From: Chroococcales cyanobacterium
GTDB lineage: Bacteria; Cyanobacteriota; Cyanobacteriia; Cyanobacteriales; Coleofasciculaceae
NCBI GenBank assembly: GCA_036703075.1
Contig: DATNPT010000475.1
Span: forward strand, 1,037-65,036
Direction: 5' to 3'
Length of the DNA: 64,000 nt
Part shown: positions 47,406-56,736 of the stretch, one piece after another
How the letters are laid out: every line of letters starts with the position of its first letter
How positions within the stretch are numbered: position 1 is the stretch's first letter
The notes under the pieces: generated by a model
Database searches by the model: none
What the model was told of the DNA's origin: nothing
The model's input: the letters and a program-made list of their open reading frames with translations, nothing else
Program-made: the position numbers and the translations under genes

Positions 47406-49010
47406 CTACACCGTTTCATGCGCTATCTCCATCTGAGGCAGACTGATGAGATAGCGATATCCCGCGTCTAAGGAACCTTCAACGGAAATAGTTCCACCAT
47501 GGAGTTCTGCCAAATGGCAGCTCAGCAATAGTCCTAGAGTTTCACGAGAGTCACTTTCTCCCAGCATTGTGTTGAGTTCCTGTTTCAGCGTTAAAGCTTC
47601 CCAAACTGAGGTACTGGATGTCAACTCCTCGGTAGGAAGTAGGCAAAAGTCGGAAATGAGACTGCCGCTTTCCACTCTTGGCATACCTAATGACTTGTCT
47701 AAAGTATCGGGAACAGTAGCCCTGGTTGATGAGGATGAAAATAGCACTTGTGCAATTTCCCTAGACACCTGAGGTAAAGCATTGTCCAGCCAGGGATGAG
47801 ACGACCAAACCGCCATTTTGAGAGACACCATTCGTTGGCTGTGAGTGTCGTGTTTTCGAGAGACATGGATGCAAACTTCACCGCCCGCCTCAGTCGAGTG
47901 AATCACGCTTAAGACCAGGTAGTACAGCATTTGCCGCACTTTATCCTTGTTGAGCAACCAGATGCGGCTCCCAGGCTCTACGGATAAATGCAGCTGTATC
48001 TGCTTGGCTTGTGCCATATCAGACAAGTTATTGATTGCCTGTTGACAAAGCATTTCGGTATCTACAGGTGCGACAGAAAGTCTTTGGCGAGTGCCATCCA
48101 AAAGACCAAGGGTAATAATTTCATCAACCAGCGATAACAGCTGTTGACCGCTTTGATGAATGATTTCCAGATATTCCTGTTGTTTGCTGGTTAGAGAACC
48201 ATAAACCTGGCGACCCAGAACGCTTGCCATGCCTATGATTGAGGTTAAGGGTGTCCGGAGTTCCTGCGTCAGATGAGCGAGCAATTTGACTTTAATGGCG
48301 TTCGTCGAACCAAGGCAAGCCAACTGAGTGTTCGATTCATCCCTAGCTTCAGGTATTGGCTCGGAGTCTCGCCCCTCTTGCAGTTGATCGATTCCCGAAG
48401 CCTGAGGCAACCAATGGATAGAACTTGCACGTTCTTGCTGCAAAAGACGGTTTCGCTCAAATTCGCTCAAACTCCAATGAGCTGTCATTACCAGAAACTC
48501 GGCATCTTTAGGCCCAAAGCAGCGAGGCACCCAATCCATCACTGCCAACGTTCCCAAGCATTGACCATCTGCCGTCACTAAGGGCGCACCTAAGTAAGCA
48601 CGGATGCCGTAATGCCCCACGAGCAGACTACTGGCAAAAACGGGATTAGCTGCGGTATCGGGAATTGCCAAAACTTGATGACTATCGACCACGTAGGTAC
48701 AAAAGCCTTCATTGCGTGCTATGTTACGCGATCGCGCCAGCTCATTCATCAAGCCGACTCGAGATAAACCGACAGTCGATTTAATGAGCTGCCGATCTGG
48801 TGTCATGATGCTCAAAATACAGAGGGGTGCCTCCAAAAATCGCGCCGCCGTCTGAGTGGCTTCGTCGAAAACTGCGATCGTCTCATCTGTAAGCAATCCG
48901 CGCTCCTTAAGAGCCCCCAGCCGTTTTTGTTCTCGTTCTACTACAGTCAATCCATCCAAACGGCAAAAAAGCCTGTATTCCAGCTCTGCCATGAAACTCC
49001 CTATCCCCAT
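47406..49010 (-). CDS. GAF-domain protein with a degenerate histidine-kinase core (His replaced by Gln in the H-box)
   Basis: 534 aa. It has an N-terminal GAF domain and an H-box-like segment LLAHLTQELRTPLTSIIGM, with the Gln codon at 48264-48266. The N and G1 boxes of the ATPase domain are not recognisable. A remnant G2-like segment reads LGLLLSCHLAELHGGTISVEG. Confidence 0.75.
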   Translation of the reverse strand: MGIGSFMAELEYRLFCRLDGLTVVEREQKRLGALKERGLLTDETIAVFDEATQTAARFLEAPLCILSIMTPDRQLIKSTVGLSRVGLMNELARSRNIARNEGFCTYVVDSHQVLAIPDTAANPVFASSLLVGHYGIRAYLGAPLVTADGQCLGTLAVMDWVPRCFGPKDAEFLVMTAHWSLSEFERNRLLQQERASSIHWLPQASGIDQLQEGRDSEPIPEARDESNTQLACLGSTNAIKVKLLAHLTQELRTPLTSIIGMASVLGRQVYGSLTSKQQEYLEIIHQSGQQLLSLVDEIITLGLLDGTRQRLSVAPVDTEMLCQQAINNLSDMAQAKQIQLHLSVEPGSRIWLLNKDKVRQMLYYLVLSVIHSTEAGGEVCIHVSRKHDTHSQRMVSLKMAVWSSHPWLDNALPQVSREIAQVLFSSSSTRATVPDTLDKSLGMPRVESGSLISDFCLLPTEELTSSTSVWEALTLKQELNTMLGESDSRETLGLLLSCHLAELHGGTISVEGSLDAGYRYLISLPQMEIAHETV

Positions 49011-49223
49011 ATAAATAATCGCATCACTGATATCAGTGCTACTGTAATGTGGCCTGCTATACCTAAAGTTCCCGTCTAGTATGGCAGAACAAACAATGCG
49101 AGCTTTTGGAGATCGTTTGTCGGAGAGAGGTTGAAGGTTAGCAGGCTGGCAAAACGTAACGCAAAGAATTATGAATTATAAATATGAATGATTAAGCAAC
49201 TAGGTAAGTTCATCACTCATTAT

Positions 49224-49952
49224 TCAACCCTTCATTGACCACGCTGGATGAGACAGTAGAGAAGCAATAACCCGAACACCTCGTAGCTGGTTGGACAGGG
49301 GAAGATGACCTATGGGCGCAGTGAGATTCCAAGTAAATTCACTGGGATAACGAGTCCAGTTGTTTCCGGTCTTCCAGCCAATTTTTCCCCAAAGCTTCTC
49401 CCAATTTTTGTTTAAAGAGAGCCAGAGTTCTCGCTGTACAGAAAATCCAAATTTGCCTTGCGAGTGAATGAACCAGAGAGCGTTGATGGTTTGTAAATCT
49501 GAACTGGGGAAGCTCTCTACCTCCGAGAAATACAACCACTTCCTTTGAACGGCTGCTGCTCCTGCTAACTCACAAAGTTTTTCTAACGTATGACGGTCAG
49601 CCGTAAGGAAGTCTTGCTTGACCAACAGTTGCTGGAGGGGTGTGTAATCTATGCCGCATTCAGAATTTAGAGGGACAATGCCTGTAGGGAAATGGGTTTG
49701 CAGAAATTCGTTGGCGATTGGGGTATCGGCTTGATAGAGGGATTGGTAAGCCAGCCCTGTTGCGAGGTTAACGGGAGTTGGCTGTTGCTCGCTTAAAAAT
49801 TCCATCAATACGTCTAAACCCGCAGCGCCGGTGCTGACCAGTTCTGGAATCAACTGAAGTTGTTTTTTTTCAGGACTAGACTGGAGCTGGCGCTTCAGTT
49901 GGGCAATCTTGCTGGAATCTCCTGTGATTGAGGCAGTCATTTGGTCTGTCAT
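49224..49952 (-). CDS. GUN4 domain-containing protein
   Basis: It has a C-terminal GUN4 domain (LYFSEVESFPSSDLQTINALWFIHSQGKFGFSVQRELW...GWKTGNNWTRYPSEFTW). I prefer the ATG at 49952 because the track GTG at 50069 lies inside a terminator hairpin. Confidence 0.8.
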   Translation of the reverse strand: MTDQMTASITGDSSKIAQLKRQLQSSPEKKQLQLIPELVSTGAAGLDVLMEFLSEQQPTPVNLATGLAYQSLYQADTPIANEFLQTHFPTGIVPLNSECGIDYTPLQQLLVKQDFLTADRHTLEKLCELAGAAAVQRKWLYFSEVESFPSSDLQTINALWFIHSQGKFGFSVQRELWLSLNKNWEKLWGKIGWKTGNNWTRYPSEFTWNLTAPIGHLPLSNQLRGVRVIASLLSHPAWSMKG

Positions 49953-50065
49953 GAAGCGACTGGTTTGAGGTTGCGGCAGTGGATGAGTTGTTGACCGGAA
50001 AGCGGTACTAACGGACAACATTTGCCCATCAGTAAGCGAATGCCTGAATTTATCGTAAAGGAAAA

Positions 50066-50119
50066 CCACGACTTGAGCGCTAGCTCTTGCTCGGCGACGA
50101 GCAAGAGCTCAAGTCGTGG
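50066..50119 (-). terminator. long hairpin terminator downstream of the adenylyltransferase gene
   Basis: ccacgacttgag..ctcttgctcg pairs with cgagcaagagctcaagtcgtgg, giving a stem of about 22 bp with one bulge. On the minus strand it is followed by ttttcc. Confidence 0.7.
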
Positions 50120-50130
50120 ATTGGGGGACT

Positions 50131-50628
50131 TTATTCAGTTCTAGATTGGAGAATGTGGTTAACGATCGCACTTGTGGACGTAGGAACTTCTAGGGCTACT
50201 AACTCTATCCGCCCACCGTAGGATTGGACAACGGGTGCCTCTGGCAGCGTTGACGGGTTGTAGTCGCCCCCTTTGACATAGACTTCTGGCTGAAGGGTTT
50301 CGATTAAAGCCGTAGCTGTAGTTTCAGAAAAAATCACAACTCCATCTACAGGTTTGAGAGCAGCCAGAACTTCTGCTCGCTGGGCTTCGGGAACGAGCGG
50401 GCGGGGCGGGCAACCGGGTTGATTGGGTTTAATGGTTTGAATTGAGCGATCGCTATTTAACCCGACCACCAGCGACCTCCCAAAGGACTTAGCAACCTTA
50501 AGATACCGCACATGACCCGCGTGCAGTAGGTCAAAGCAGCCATTCGTAAACGTCAGTGGTCGCCAACGGTCGGGGTATAAAGCGATCGCTTGTTGCAGTT
50601 GTGTCAAAGAGTATACGCCTGGAATCAT
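50131..50628 (-). CDS. cytidylyltransferase-fold adenylyltransferase (RfaE domain II-like, D-glycero-beta-D-manno-heptose 1-phosphate adenylyltransferase)
   Basis: 165 aa with FTNGCFDLLHAGHVRYL and a KGGDY motif. Confidence 0.8.
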   Translation of the reverse strand: MIPGVYSLTQLQQAIALYPDRWRPLTFTNGCFDLLHAGHVRYLKVAKSFGRSLVVGLNSDRSIQTIKPNQPGCPPRPLVPEAQRAEVLAALKPVDGVVIFSETTATALIETLQPEVYVKGGDYNPSTLPEAPVVQSYGGRIELVALEVPTSTSAIVNHILQSRTE

Positions 50629-51335
50629 TCTTCGCCGTGAGGTTGGTATCCCTGTTCGTAAGCAAAGCGAATGAGTTGAGCGCGATTCTCCAGTTTCAGC
50701 TTATTGAGTATGCTACTCAGATGCGTTTGAACCGTGCGAGGGCTGATAAACAAGCGTTCGCTAATCTGTTTGTTGGTCAATCCCTGAATGACTTCCCAAA
50801 ATACTCGCTCTTCGGCTGGTGTCAATGGCAAGGGGATGGGGGTTGCTGTTTCTGAGACACTCATCTCGGACAGTTCAGTTGCATCTGAGAGCGAGGGGAG
50901 AGGTAAGTGTTCGCCCATCGAACCGGCAGCAAGTTGCATCAACCGAACAATCTCGGTATGAATGCGACGAGAGCGCTCCAGCTGAGCCTCAATTTTGGCG
51001 ACTAATTCTCTGGGATCGACCGGCTTAGTCAAATAATCATCCGCTCCAATCGAGTGACCATAAATCCGATCTTCGAGTTCTCCTTTCCCGGACAAAAAAA
51101 TAAATGGCATGAGTTGACCGGAAGGCGTACCGCGCAAGCGGCGGCAAAATTCCAGTCCGTCCATTTCCGGCATCATGACATCAGACACAACTAAGTCTGG
51201 TGGATTTTTAGTAACAGCGACTAAGGCTTCGGCTCCAGAACTTACCTGTTCAACTTGATATCCCTGATTTTCCAAATAGCGGGTCAGGACTGTACGCAGA
51301 GTTCTATCGTCGTCAACGACTAAGATTTTTTTCAT
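50625..51335 (-). CDS. NarL/LuxR-type response regulator
   Basis: 236 aa. It has a receiver (ILVVDDDRTLR..SDVMMPEMDG..LTKP), a linker and a LuxR HTH (LTPAEERVFWEVIQGLTNKQISERLFISPRTVQTH). It overlaps the downstream gene by 4 nt. Confidence 0.85.
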   Translation of the reverse strand: MKKILVVDDDRTLRTVLTRYLENQGYQVEQVSSGAEALVAVTKNPPDLVVSDVMMPEMDGLEFCRRLRGTPSGQLMPFIFLSGKGELEDRIYGHSIGADDYLTKPVDPRELVAKIEAQLERSRRIHTEIVRLMQLAAGSMGEHLPLPSLSDATELSEMSVSETATPIPLPLTPAEERVFWEVIQGLTNKQISERLFISPRTVQTHLSSILNKLKLENRAQLIRFAYEQGYQPHGEE

Positions 51336-52652
51336 CGTTCTTCTGGAGCTACCGTTCTACCAGCTCCTCAAGCCAATGAGGAATCAATTTATTTCCCTCC
51401 AAGGTCAGCGTTTTGTTTGGCGAGAAGCATTGAGGCGAGCCATCTACCATATCTGTGTTACCTGAATTCGCTGTAAGAATCTAGACAATGCCAACCAGCA
51501 GACATACCCTAAGCAAGGTGTTGCAATCATCAGGCTTTTAGCCTTAGTCGAATTCAGCTCTGTTTCGTCAGTTGAAATCGTAGGCAACGTTAGGGCTATT
51601 ACAGTTGCGAGTGGTGAAACTGAAGTAGGAACTTTGGAGGCATAGGCAATTTAGTGTGTAAAGATAGCTACTGCAAAATTTTAGGGAACACTGAACTTGT
51701 ATGGAGTCGAAATTTTCAAAGAACAAATGCTTGGCACCCTCAAGACGACCTATTCAGTAATGGTAGCTAGGCTATGCGCTAAACGTTAGTACAAAGCCTA
51801 GTTTGCATGCAGAAAGACGCTGGCAGTGGTGCTAGAAGCAATAGCTCAATAGCGGCATTGGGCTTAACTCGATCGCTTCTAAAGAACAGTGTTCTCATGC
51901 GATCGCATGAAAAGACAGCGCCTCAGCTCTCGATCCAGTCACTTAGCGTTGGCAAAGCGGGCAGGCAACTCCCCATAAGTTCCACCCGAGCGCAATCACG
52001 ATTGCGCGATTCAAAGGAGTCGATCGCGCAGCTAATCTTTGGTGCGACCAAACTACTTGGCTCTGTTAGAACTAACTTCCTCGATAAAGTTTTCCATACT
52101 TTGAGACCTCAGCCGAGTGTAATAGAGCGCCCAACCATTTTGTGTCTATAGGGATTTCGACACCATGTTAGGCCAACGCGTTCGGGAGCATCCCGTGCTT
52201 GATCCAGATTAACCTTTCTTGAGTACTGAGCAATCGGCGATGCTAATGCGATCGCCTGGTTGCGCCCAGAAGAGCATACGCTCGTTAACACGCAGTTGAA
52301 TCCCCTATATCAGCATAATGGCTGATTTCCAAGAGTGCTTTAAATCCTGAGTAAATTAGCCAAAGCTTTTAATTAACGCTACGCATGATAACAATTTGAT
52401 AAGATTTGCTACCTCAGCCGCAACCCACAGTCAAAAATCCTTGACTGTAGCTACTCCATGAAAGGAAGTTGTATGGCAAGCTGATATAGCTGTCAAAAGC
52501 GAGAGTAGAATTTGTTGACATTCGCATAGCACATAGTGTCCTGTGTGAGATCTGCAAAAAAGCTTAACTTAGCTGTTCCATCTTACGAGATCTGGTAGCT
52601 TTCCTCCATACTCACTACCGATGCTCAGAAACGACTTAACCGAAACTGCTCT

Positions 52653-54074
52653 ATGTACGAGAAAATTACACCACCAGATACCGGCTCTCGCATTACCTTC
52701 CAAGATGGTAAACCGATCGTTCCCGACAACCCAATTATTCCCTTCATTCGCGGAGATGGCACGGGGGTCGATATTTGGCCTGCCGCCCAAAACGTTTTCG
52801 ATGCGGCTGTGCAAACAGCTTACGGAGACAAGCGAAAAATCAGCTGGTTTAAAATCTATGCGGGTGACGAAGCTTGCGAGCAGTATGGCACTTATCAATA
52901 CTTACCGCAAGACACGCTTGAAGCAATCAAAGAATACGGCATTGCTATCAAAGGACCATTAACAACTCCCATCGGAGGGGGGATTCGTTCCCTTAATGTC
53001 GCCCTACGGCAGATTAACGACCTCTATGCCTGCGTCCGCCCCTGTAAGTACTACACGGGAACGCCCTCTCCCCACAAAACCCCTGAGAAGCTCGATGTGA
53101 TTATCTACCGGGAAAACACGGAAGATATCTACCTAGGAATTGAGTGGCGTCAAGGTAGTGAAATCGCTGACAAGCTGATTTCCATACTCAACAACGAGCT
53201 GATTCCATCGACGCCCGAACACGGCAAGAAACAAATTCCTCTCGACGCTGGGATTGGCATTAAACCCATCAGTAAAACAGGTTCTCAGCGGCTTATCCGT
53301 CGCGCTATCCAGCACGCCCTACGCCTTCCCAAAGCCAAGCAGCAGGTCACCTTGGTGCATAAGGGCAATATCATGAAGTACACCGAAGGAGCCTTCCGCG
53401 ACTGGGGCTATGAGCTAGCCATTAGTGAATTTCGCAATGAATGTGTTACCGAACGGGAATCCTGGATTTTGAGCAATAAAGAGCGAAATCCAGACATCTC
53501 CCTGGAAGAGAATGCTCGTCAGCTCGAACCGGGTTTTGATGCCTTGACAGCGGAGAAACAAGCTGAAATTACCCGTGAAGTCGAAAGCGTCCTCAATGCC
53601 ATCTGGGACACTCACGGGCTAGGTCAGTGGAAAGAGAAGGTGATGGTCAATGACCGGATTGCTGACAGTATTTTCCAGCAAATCCAGACTCGTCCCGATG
53701 AGTACTCGATTCTCGCCACGATGAACCTGAATGGGGATTACCTATCCGATGCCGCCGCTGCCATTGTCGGTGGGTTAGGGATGGGACCAGGAGCGAATAT
53801 TGGCGACACTTGCGCGGTTTTTGAGGCAACCCATGGCACGGCACCCAAGCACGCAGGTTTAGACCGGATCAACCCTGGCTCGGTTATCCTGTCGGGGGTG
53901 ATGATGCTGGAGTTTATGGGTTGGCAGGAAGCTGCCGATCTGATCAAGAAAGGAATTGGGGGCGCGATCGCAAATCGGGAAGTGACTTACGACTTAGCCC
54001 GCCTGATGGAGCCACCCGTCGAACCCCCCTTAAAGTGTTCTGAGTTTGCTCAAGCCATCATCAAACACTTTTAA
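52653..54074 (+). CDS. icd: NADP-dependent isocitrate dehydrogenase
   Basis: 473 aa with IDH blocks ([64 protein letters not shown]). Confidence 0.95.
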   Translation: MYEKITPPDTGSRITFQDGKPIVPDNPIIPFIRGDGTGVDIWPAAQNVFDAAVQTAYGDKRKISWFKIYAGDEACEQYGTYQYLPQDTLEAIKEYGIAIKGPLTTPIGGGIRSLNVALRQINDLYACVRPCKYYTGTPSPHKTPEKLDVIIYRENTEDIYLGIEWRQGSEIADKLISILNNELIPSTPEHGKKQIPLDAGIGIKPISKTGSQRLIRRAIQHALRLPKAKQQVTLVHKGNIMKYTEGAFRDWGYELAISEFRNECVTERESWILSNKERNPDISLEENARQLEPGFDALTAEKQAEITREVESVLNAIWDTHGLGQWKEKVMVNDRIADSIFQQIQTRPDEYSILATMNLNGDYLSDAAAAIVGGLGMGPGANIGDTCAVFEATHGTAPKHAGLDRINPGSVILSGVMMLEFMGWQEAADLIKKGIGGAIANREVTYDLARLMEPPVEPPLKCSEFAQAIIKHF

Positions 54075-54076
54075 AC

Positions 54077-54134
54077 GATGAATTATGAATGATGAAATGA
54101 GTAATTCTTTCATCATTCATAATTCATCATTTTT
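54077..54134 (+). terminator. perfect 21-bp hairpin plus T tract immediately after the icd stop
   Basis: gatgaattatgaatgatgaaa (54077-54097) pairs with tttcatcattcataattcatc (54108-54128) around a 10-nt loop, followed by atttttc. Confidence 0.65.
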
Positions 54135-55420
54135 CATTATCCAAGCGATCGCAATCCGTGCAGTAGCCCATCAACAAGCTAGATTTAGCTTAAATCGTTT
54201 TCACTCTAAATGCTTAAGGTTGTTAAAGTTAGGCTCTACCCCAGCGCACAACAACAACAGTTGCTAGAGCAATCCTTTGGTAAATGTCGTTGGCTGTGGA
54301 ACTATTGCCTGAACTTGATGAACCAGACCTACAAAGAGACGGGAAAAGGGTTGTCAGGCTACGACGTTAAAAAGCTAATTCCACAGTTAAAGAAGGAACA
54401 TGAGTGGTTGACTCTCAGTTACTCGCAGTGCCTACAGCAAGCCTGCCTGAATCTGGGAGTAGCCTTCAATAACTTCTTTGAAGGAAGGGCAAAATACCCT
54501 AGATTCAAGTCAAAGCACGGCAAACAGTCAATACAGTACCCTCAGCACGTTAAAGTGGCAGACACTTATTTAACTATTCCCAAGATAGGCGATGTGTCGG
54601 CAACTCTTCACAGAGCCATTGAAGGTAAAGTCAAGACTGTAACTATTTCTAAGAACTGCTCCCATCAATACTTTGCCGCTATTGTGCTTGAGGATGGGAA
54701 AGACAAACCCGAATCAAGCACCGAGGGAAAGGCTGTAGGTATTGACTTAGGGCTAACTCATTTTGCCATAACCAGCGATGGCTCTAAATTCGACAACCCA
54801 CGAGTGCTCAACAAGCTTGAGAGGAATTTAAAACTCAAGCAACAGCAGCTTTCCCGAAAGCAGAACGGTTCTAATAACCGCAACAAAGCGAGGCGGAAGG
54901 TTGCTAGGGTTCACCGCAAAATCACCAACTGTCGTGAAGATTTTCTGCACAAGCTATCACGTAGGATAGTTAACGAAAACCAAGTTATTGTAGTGGAAAA
55001 CCTTAACGTTAAAGGGATGATGCAGAATCATTGCCTAGCCAAGGCTATTCATCAAGTTGGCTGGGGAATGTTTTGTACAATGCTCAAGTATAAAGCTGAG
55101 GCAGAAGGAAAGATTTATCAACGAGTCGATAGATTCTTCCCTAGCTCTAAAACCTGCCATGTATGCCTTAATCAAGTCGGCAGTTTGCCACTAGATATAA
55201 GGCATTGGACTTGTAAGCATTGCCAAACTCGTCACGACAGGGACATCAACGCAGCGATTAACATAAAGGATGAAGGACTACGAATCGTGACCTCTGGAAC
55301 GGGGGGTAAAGCCTGTTGCCCAGATGTAAGCCGCAGTAATAGAGGACGCAAGAAATCTACTACTACGCTTTCTGTTGGGCAGGAAGCCTACTGTGTACGC
55401 GAAGCGTCACTGTAGGTAGT
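54135..55420 (+). mobile_element. tnpA-less IS200/IS605-family (IS1341-like) element; boundaries approximate
   Basis: A solo tnpB lies between the icd terminator hairpin and the 3' end of the convergent DUF790 gene. An imperfect terminal hairpin lies at 55387-55416. The ends were not determined experimentally. Confidence 0.55.
54210..55415 (+). CDS. tnpB: TnpB (IS200/IS605 family OrfB, RNA-guided endonuclease family)
   Basis: 401 aa. It has the N-terminus MLKVVKVRLYPSAQQQQLLEQSFGKCRWLWNYCL, RuvC-I GIDLGLTHFAITSDG, RuvC-II VVVENLNVKGM, a zinc ribbon CHVC..(15 aa)..CKHC and RuvC-III HDRDINAAINI. No tnpA gene is adjacent. Confidence 0.9.
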   Translation: MLKVVKVRLYPSAQQQQLLEQSFGKCRWLWNYCLNLMNQTYKETGKGLSGYDVKKLIPQLKKEHEWLTLSYSQCLQQACLNLGVAFNNFFEGRAKYPRFKSKHGKQSIQYPQHVKVADTYLTIPKIGDVSATLHRAIEGKVKTVTISKNCSHQYFAAIVLEDGKDKPESSTEGKAVGIDLGLTHFAITSDGSKFDNPRVLNKLERNLKLKQQQLSRKQNGSNNRNKARRKVARVHRKITNCREDFLHKLSRRIVNENQVIVVENLNVKGMMQNHCLAKAIHQVGWGMFCTMLKYKAEAEGKIYQRVDRFFPSSKTCHVCLNQVGSLPLDIRHWTCKHCQTRHDRDINAAINIKDEGLRIVTSGTGGKACCPDVSRSNRGRKKSTTTLSVGQEAYCVREASL

Positions 55421-56635
55421 TCACTCCAAAGCTTCCAGGACGGCTTTAGGCGAAAGCTTATCTTTAAACCAAATAATCTTAGTGGGTAAATCTTTTACCC
55501 TAACCCCTGATTTCTCTAGATTAAGTCGCTCAGAAATCGCAAGAATTAGGTTATCGCAGTCAGAACGCCGCACTTGACTAAATTTTCGCTGTAAGTAGGC
55601 TGGATGCCAGTAGCCGACGATTTCCAGTAGGTAGGTACGCCCATCCGGATGGACGAGGCGAAAGTCGGGAATCATCACGCTGCCAGGAAGGGGAATCAGG
55701 TCAACTTCTCGCTCTAGCACCCAATCAGTTTTCAGCGAATCCCAACGATTGGCAAAGGATGCCTCCAGCATGCTGTCATAAGTTTTACCGGGGGGATAGT
55801 GAGTGACCAAACCACAATGGTCATTGAGGCTAAAACGTCCAGTTTTGGTCGTGCCAGTGTAGGGATCGCGGGTTTGTAATGTTGCCGTAAGACTCCATTT
55901 CGTAACGTGGAGCAAGGCAGGGAGCAGTTTTGCGATCGCTAAACCATAGCGGGTACTGGGCTTAAATAAACTCGTAGGGCCATCGATCGTAATGGTAAAG
56001 CCGTGGTCGGCATCGCCTTCGATGTAGGTCATCAGCCCGAACAGCTTCAAATAGCGAAATAGAATCTTATACTCCCCAGGCACATTCCGGTGCGCGTTTA
56101 GGGTCATGTGAGTTGCTCGGTAGAAGATGCCTTGGGCTTGGGATAAGTTGTAGCGGTGTAGTAGTGCCTCAGGTGCGGGGTCATCAAATTGGGTGAGGAT
56201 GCGGTTTTCGTGTAAATCCGCGTAAAGACCCGTGAGAATTTGAGCCGGTAGAACTTCGTGGTTTAACTCTTGGCTGAGGGTAACGCTGAGCGTTTCTAGG
56301 GTTTTCTCGGATGCCTGACGACTGGGTACCGACGCGGCGGCAAGGGAAAAGACTCTCTGCCGCAGTTCCTTCGGTTCTAAGGGACTAACCACCTCAAACG
56401 TGCAGAAGCTGCTTTTGAGGATATGGGCTAAACCCCGTTTGAGGCGATAATCGGGGCTGTCACCTTCGAGTTCTGATAGCTGTCGATCGAGTTCTCCTTG
56501 AGTGCTACCTACAGCCTTTTGGAAGCAGGCGATCGATTCTGTAGCGATCGCATCCATTTCGGAATTAATCGGCAATCGTTTGGGAATAATCGTTTCTCCA
56601 TTTTGGCGATTAATTAACAGCTCGGTTGGTAACAT
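55421..56635 (-). CDS. DUF790 (Bax1-like nuclease) family protein
   Basis: 404 aa. The N-terminus (MLPTELLINRQNGETIIPKRL...DYRLKRGLAHIL) and the C-terminal nuclease-like block (IPDFRLVHPDGRTYLLEIVGYWHPAYL) match my recollection of DUF790. This was not verified by a search. Confidence 0.6.
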   Translation of the reverse strand: MLPTELLINRQNGETIIPKRLPINSEMDAIATESIACFQKAVGSTQGELDRQLSELEGDSPDYRLKRGLAHILKSSFCTFEVVSPLEPKELRQRVFSLAAASVPSRQASEKTLETLSVTLSQELNHEVLPAQILTGLYADLHENRILTQFDDPAPEALLHRYNLSQAQGIFYRATHMTLNAHRNVPGEYKILFRYLKLFGLMTYIEGDADHGFTITIDGPTSLFKPSTRYGLAIAKLLPALLHVTKWSLTATLQTRDPYTGTTKTGRFSLNDHCGLVTHYPPGKTYDSMLEASFANRWDSLKTDWVLEREVDLIPLPGSVMIPDFRLVHPDGRTYLLEIVGYWHPAYLQRKFSQVRRSDCDNLILAISERLNLEKSGVRVKDLPTKIIWFKDKLSPKAVLEALE

Positions 56636-56736
56636 TAAATTGCTTAAATACTAGAGGCACTAATAGCTATCGTATTGGTGTCATCCAGGTAAAGCTACGC
56701 TTAGAGTTCATGTAGAGGGATTGTTGCTCGGAACAG

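Noticed and set aside
51807-52151. 114-aa ORF in the long gap upstream of icd
   Set aside because: The translation is Ser/Arg/Leu-rich with no recognisable domain, and overlapping frames look equally poor. The region is reported as a non-coding gap instead.
52281-52652. NtcA-type GTA-N8-TAC box upstream of icd
   Set aside because: No exact GTA-N8-TAC was found by eye. The near matches (gtagaatttgttga, gtagctttcctccatac) have the wrong spacing or half-site.
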